Position numbers and translations under genes: made by a program. A stretch of DNA of 64,000 nt from Eledone cirrhosa (lineage: Eukaryota), in the NCBI GenBank assembly GCA_964016885.1, contig OZ024744.1:127038001-127102000 (forward strand). Reading direction: 5' to 3'. Shown here one piece after another: positions 61,501-64,000 of this stretch (its first letter is position 1; each line of letters opens with the position of its first letter). The notes beneath the pieces were generated by a model that made no database searches, was not told where the DNA came from, and saw only the letters and a list, made by a program, of their open reading frames with translations.

Positions 61501-64000
61501 TAAGTTGGGGTTAAGTTAAGTTAGGGTTAAGTTAAGTTGGGGTTAAATTAAGTTGGGGTTAAGTTAAGTTGGGGTTATGTTAAGTTGGGGTTAAGTTAAG
61601 TTGCGGTTAAGTTAAGTTGGGGTTAAGTTAAGTTGGGGTTAAGTTAAGTTGGGGTTAAGTTAAGTTGGAGTTAATTTAAGTTGGGGTTAACTTAAGTTGG
61701 GGTTAAGTTGGGGTTAAGTTAAGTTGGGGTTAAGTTAAGTTGGGGGTTAGTTAAGTTGGGGGCAAGTTAAGTTGGGGTTAATTTAAGTTGGGGTTAAGTT
61801 AAGTTGGGGTTATGCTAAGTTGGGGTTAAGTTAAGTTGGGGTTAAGTTAAGTTGGGGGTAAGTTAAGTTGGGGTTAAGTTAAGTTGGGGGTAAGTTAAGT
61901 TGTGGGTAAGTTAAGTTGAGGGTAAGTTAAGTTGGGGTTAAGTTAAGTTGGGGTTAAATTGAGTTGGGGGTAAGTTAAGTTGGGGGTAAGTTAAGTTGGG
62001 GTTAAGTTAAGTTGGGGTTAAGTTAAGTTGGGGTTAAGTTAAGGTGGGGGTAAGTTAAGTTGGGGTTAAGTTAATTTGCGGTTAAGTTAGGTTGTGGGTT
62101 AAGTTAAGTTGGGGTTAAGTTAAGCTGGGGTTAAGTTGGGGTAAGTTAAGTTGGGGTTAAGTTAAGTTGGGGTTAAGTTAAGTTGGGGTTAAGTTAAGTT
62201 GGGGGTAAGTTAAGTTGGGGTTAAGTTAAGTTGGGGTTAAGTTAAGTTGGGGTTAAGTTAAGTTGGGGGTAAGATAAGTTGGGGCTAAGTTAAGTTGGGG
62301 CTAAGTCAAGTTGGGGTTAAGTCAAGTTGAGGTTAACTTAAGTTGGGGTTAAGTTAAGTTGGGGTTAAGTTAAGTTGGGGTTAAGGTAAGTTGGGGTTAA
62401 GTTAAGTTGGGGCTAAGTTAAGTTGGGGCTAAGTTAAGTTGGGGCTGAGTTAAGTTGGGGTTAAGTTGGGGTTGAGTTAATTTGGGGTTAAGTTAAGTTG
62501 GGATTAAGTTAAGTTGGGGTTAAGTTAAGTTCGGGTTGAGTTAAGTTGGGGTTAAGTTAAGTTGGGGTTAATTTAAGTTGGGGTTAAGTTAAGTTGGGGT
62601 TAAGATAAGTTGGGGTTAAGTTAAGTTGGGGTTAAGTTAAGTTGGGGTTGAGTTAATTTGGGGTTAAGTTAAGTTGGGGTTAACTTAAGTTTGGGTTAAG
62701 TTAAGTTGGGGTTAAATTAAGTTGGGGGTAAGTTAAGTTGGGTGCAAGTTGAGTTGGGGTTAAGTTAAGTTGGGGTTAAGTTAAGGTGGGGGTAAGTTAA
62801 GTTGGGGGTAAGTTAAGTTGGGGTTAAGTTAAGTTGGGGTTAAGTTAAGTTGGGTTTAAGTTAAGTTGGGGCTAAGTTAAGTTGGGGCTAAGTTAAGTTG
62901 GGGCTGAGTTAAGTTGGGGTTAACTTAAGTTGGGGTTAAGTTGGGGTTAAGTTAAGTTGGGGTTAAATTAAGTTGGGGGTTAGTTAAGTTGGGGCAAGTT
63001 AAGTTGGGGTTAATTTAAGTTGGGGTTAAGTTAAGTTGGGGTTAAATTAAGTTGGGGTTAAGTTAAGTTGGGGTTGAGGTAAGTTGGGGTTATGTTAAGT
63101 TGGGGCTAAGTTAAGTTGGGGCTAAGTTAAGTTGGGGCGGAGTTAAGTTGGGGTTAAGTTAAGTTGGGGTTGAGTTAAGTTGGGGTTAAGTTAAGTTGGG
63201 ATTAAGTTAAGTTGGGGTTAAATTAAGTTCGGCTTGAGTTAAGTTGGGGTTAAGTTAAGTTGGGGTTAAGTTAAGTTGGGGTTAAGATAAGTTGGGGTTA
63301 AGTTAAGTTGGGGTTAAGTTAAGTTTGGGTTGAGTTAATTTGGGGTTAAGTTAAGTTGGGGTTAACTTAAGTTGGGGTTAAGTTGGGGTTAAGTTAAGTT
63401 GGGGTTATGTTAAGTTGGGGGTAGGTTAAGTTGGGGGCAAGTTAAGTTGGGGTTAAGTTAAGTTGGGGTTAAGTTAAGTTGGGTTTAAGTTAAGTTGGGG
63501 CTAAGTTAAGTTGGGGCTAAGTTAAGTTGGGGCTGAGTTAAGTTGGGGTTAAGTTAAGTTGGGGTTGAGTTAAGTTGGGGTTATGTTAAGTTAGGGTTGA
63601 GTTAAGTTGGGGTTGAGTTAAGTTGGGGTTGAGTTAAGTTGGGGTTAAGTTAAGTTGGCGTTAAGTTAAGTTGGGGTTAAGTTAAGTTGGGGTTAAGTTA
63701 ATTTGCGGTTAAGTTAGGTTGTGGGTTAAGTTAAGTTGGGGTTAAGTTAAGCTGGGGTTAAGTTGGGGTAAGTTAAGTTGGGGTTAAGTTAAGTTGGGGT
63801 TAAGTTAAGTTGGGGTTGAGTTAAGTTGGGGTTGAGTTAAGTTGTGGTTGAGTTAAGTTGGGGTTACGTTAAGTTGGGGTTAAGTTAAGTTGGGGTTAAG
63901 TTAAGTTGGGGGTAGCTTAAGTTGGGGGCAAGTTAAGTTGGGGTTAAGTTAAGTTGGGTTTAAGTTAAGTTGGGGCTAAGTTAAGTTGGGGCTAAGTTAA

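Larger units (their letters stand above)
1..64000 (+). repeat. Tandem satellite array, 16-bp consensus (TTAAGTTAAGTTGGGG)n, about 4,000 monomers, running off both window edges
   Basis: The monomer can be read directly throughout. Consensus composition is T6 A4 G6 with no C on the + strand. Deviations are mostly single substitutions, plus 11-mer (TTAAGTTGGGG), 15-mer and 17-mer length variants. Confidence 0.99.

Noticed and set aside
1-64000. Protein-coding ORFs, including a repetitive protein
   Set aside because: TTAA is palindromic, so TAA occurs twice per 16 bp on both strands, and the 16-bp period rotates the stops through all frames.
1-64000. CRISPR array or other repeat-spacer system
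   Set aside because: There are no unique spacers. The units are head-to-tail monomers with point variants, and there is no leader or cas gene.
1-64000. Canonical telomere tract (TTAGGG, TTAGG or TTGGGG)n
   Set aside because: These motifs occur only as isolated sub-units or variants and never as pure tandem runs.
1-64000. Variants as sequencing noise, or a wholly artefactual low-complexity contig
   Set aside because: Identical multi-base variants recur in conserved order at consistent offsets, which random error would not produce. The copy number of individual blocks could still be misassembled.
1-64000. Variant pattern as an encoded message or functional code
   Set aside because: Nested duplication and deletion of an ancestral block explain the order, and nothing in the sequence supports information content beyond that.
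1-64000. Inversion or head-to-head telomere fusion point
   Set aside because: No CCCCAA-oriented units were seen, and the orientation is uniform.

Overview
The whole 64 kb window is one uninterrupted, single-orientation tandem array of about 4,000 copies of a 16-bp monomer, TTAAG-TTAAG-TTGGGG (reverse complement CCCCAACTTAACTTAA). I found no genes, RNA genes, CRISPR spacers, transposon insertions or inversions. TAA stops occur twice per monomer on both strands. The monomer looks telomere-like (G-rich, C-free strand with a TTGGGG core), but its variants are not random: they recur in a fixed order. Rare variants used as markers show nested higher-order duplications with offsets of about 0.77, 2.45, 4.3-4.4, 5.3, 6.7, 23.3 and 51.3 kb. 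The best reading is a eukaryotic telomere-like satellite amplified by recombination or segmental copying rather than unit-by-unit synthesis. The organism and chromosomal position cannot be determined from this window. All offsets were counted by eye and boundaries are approximate.
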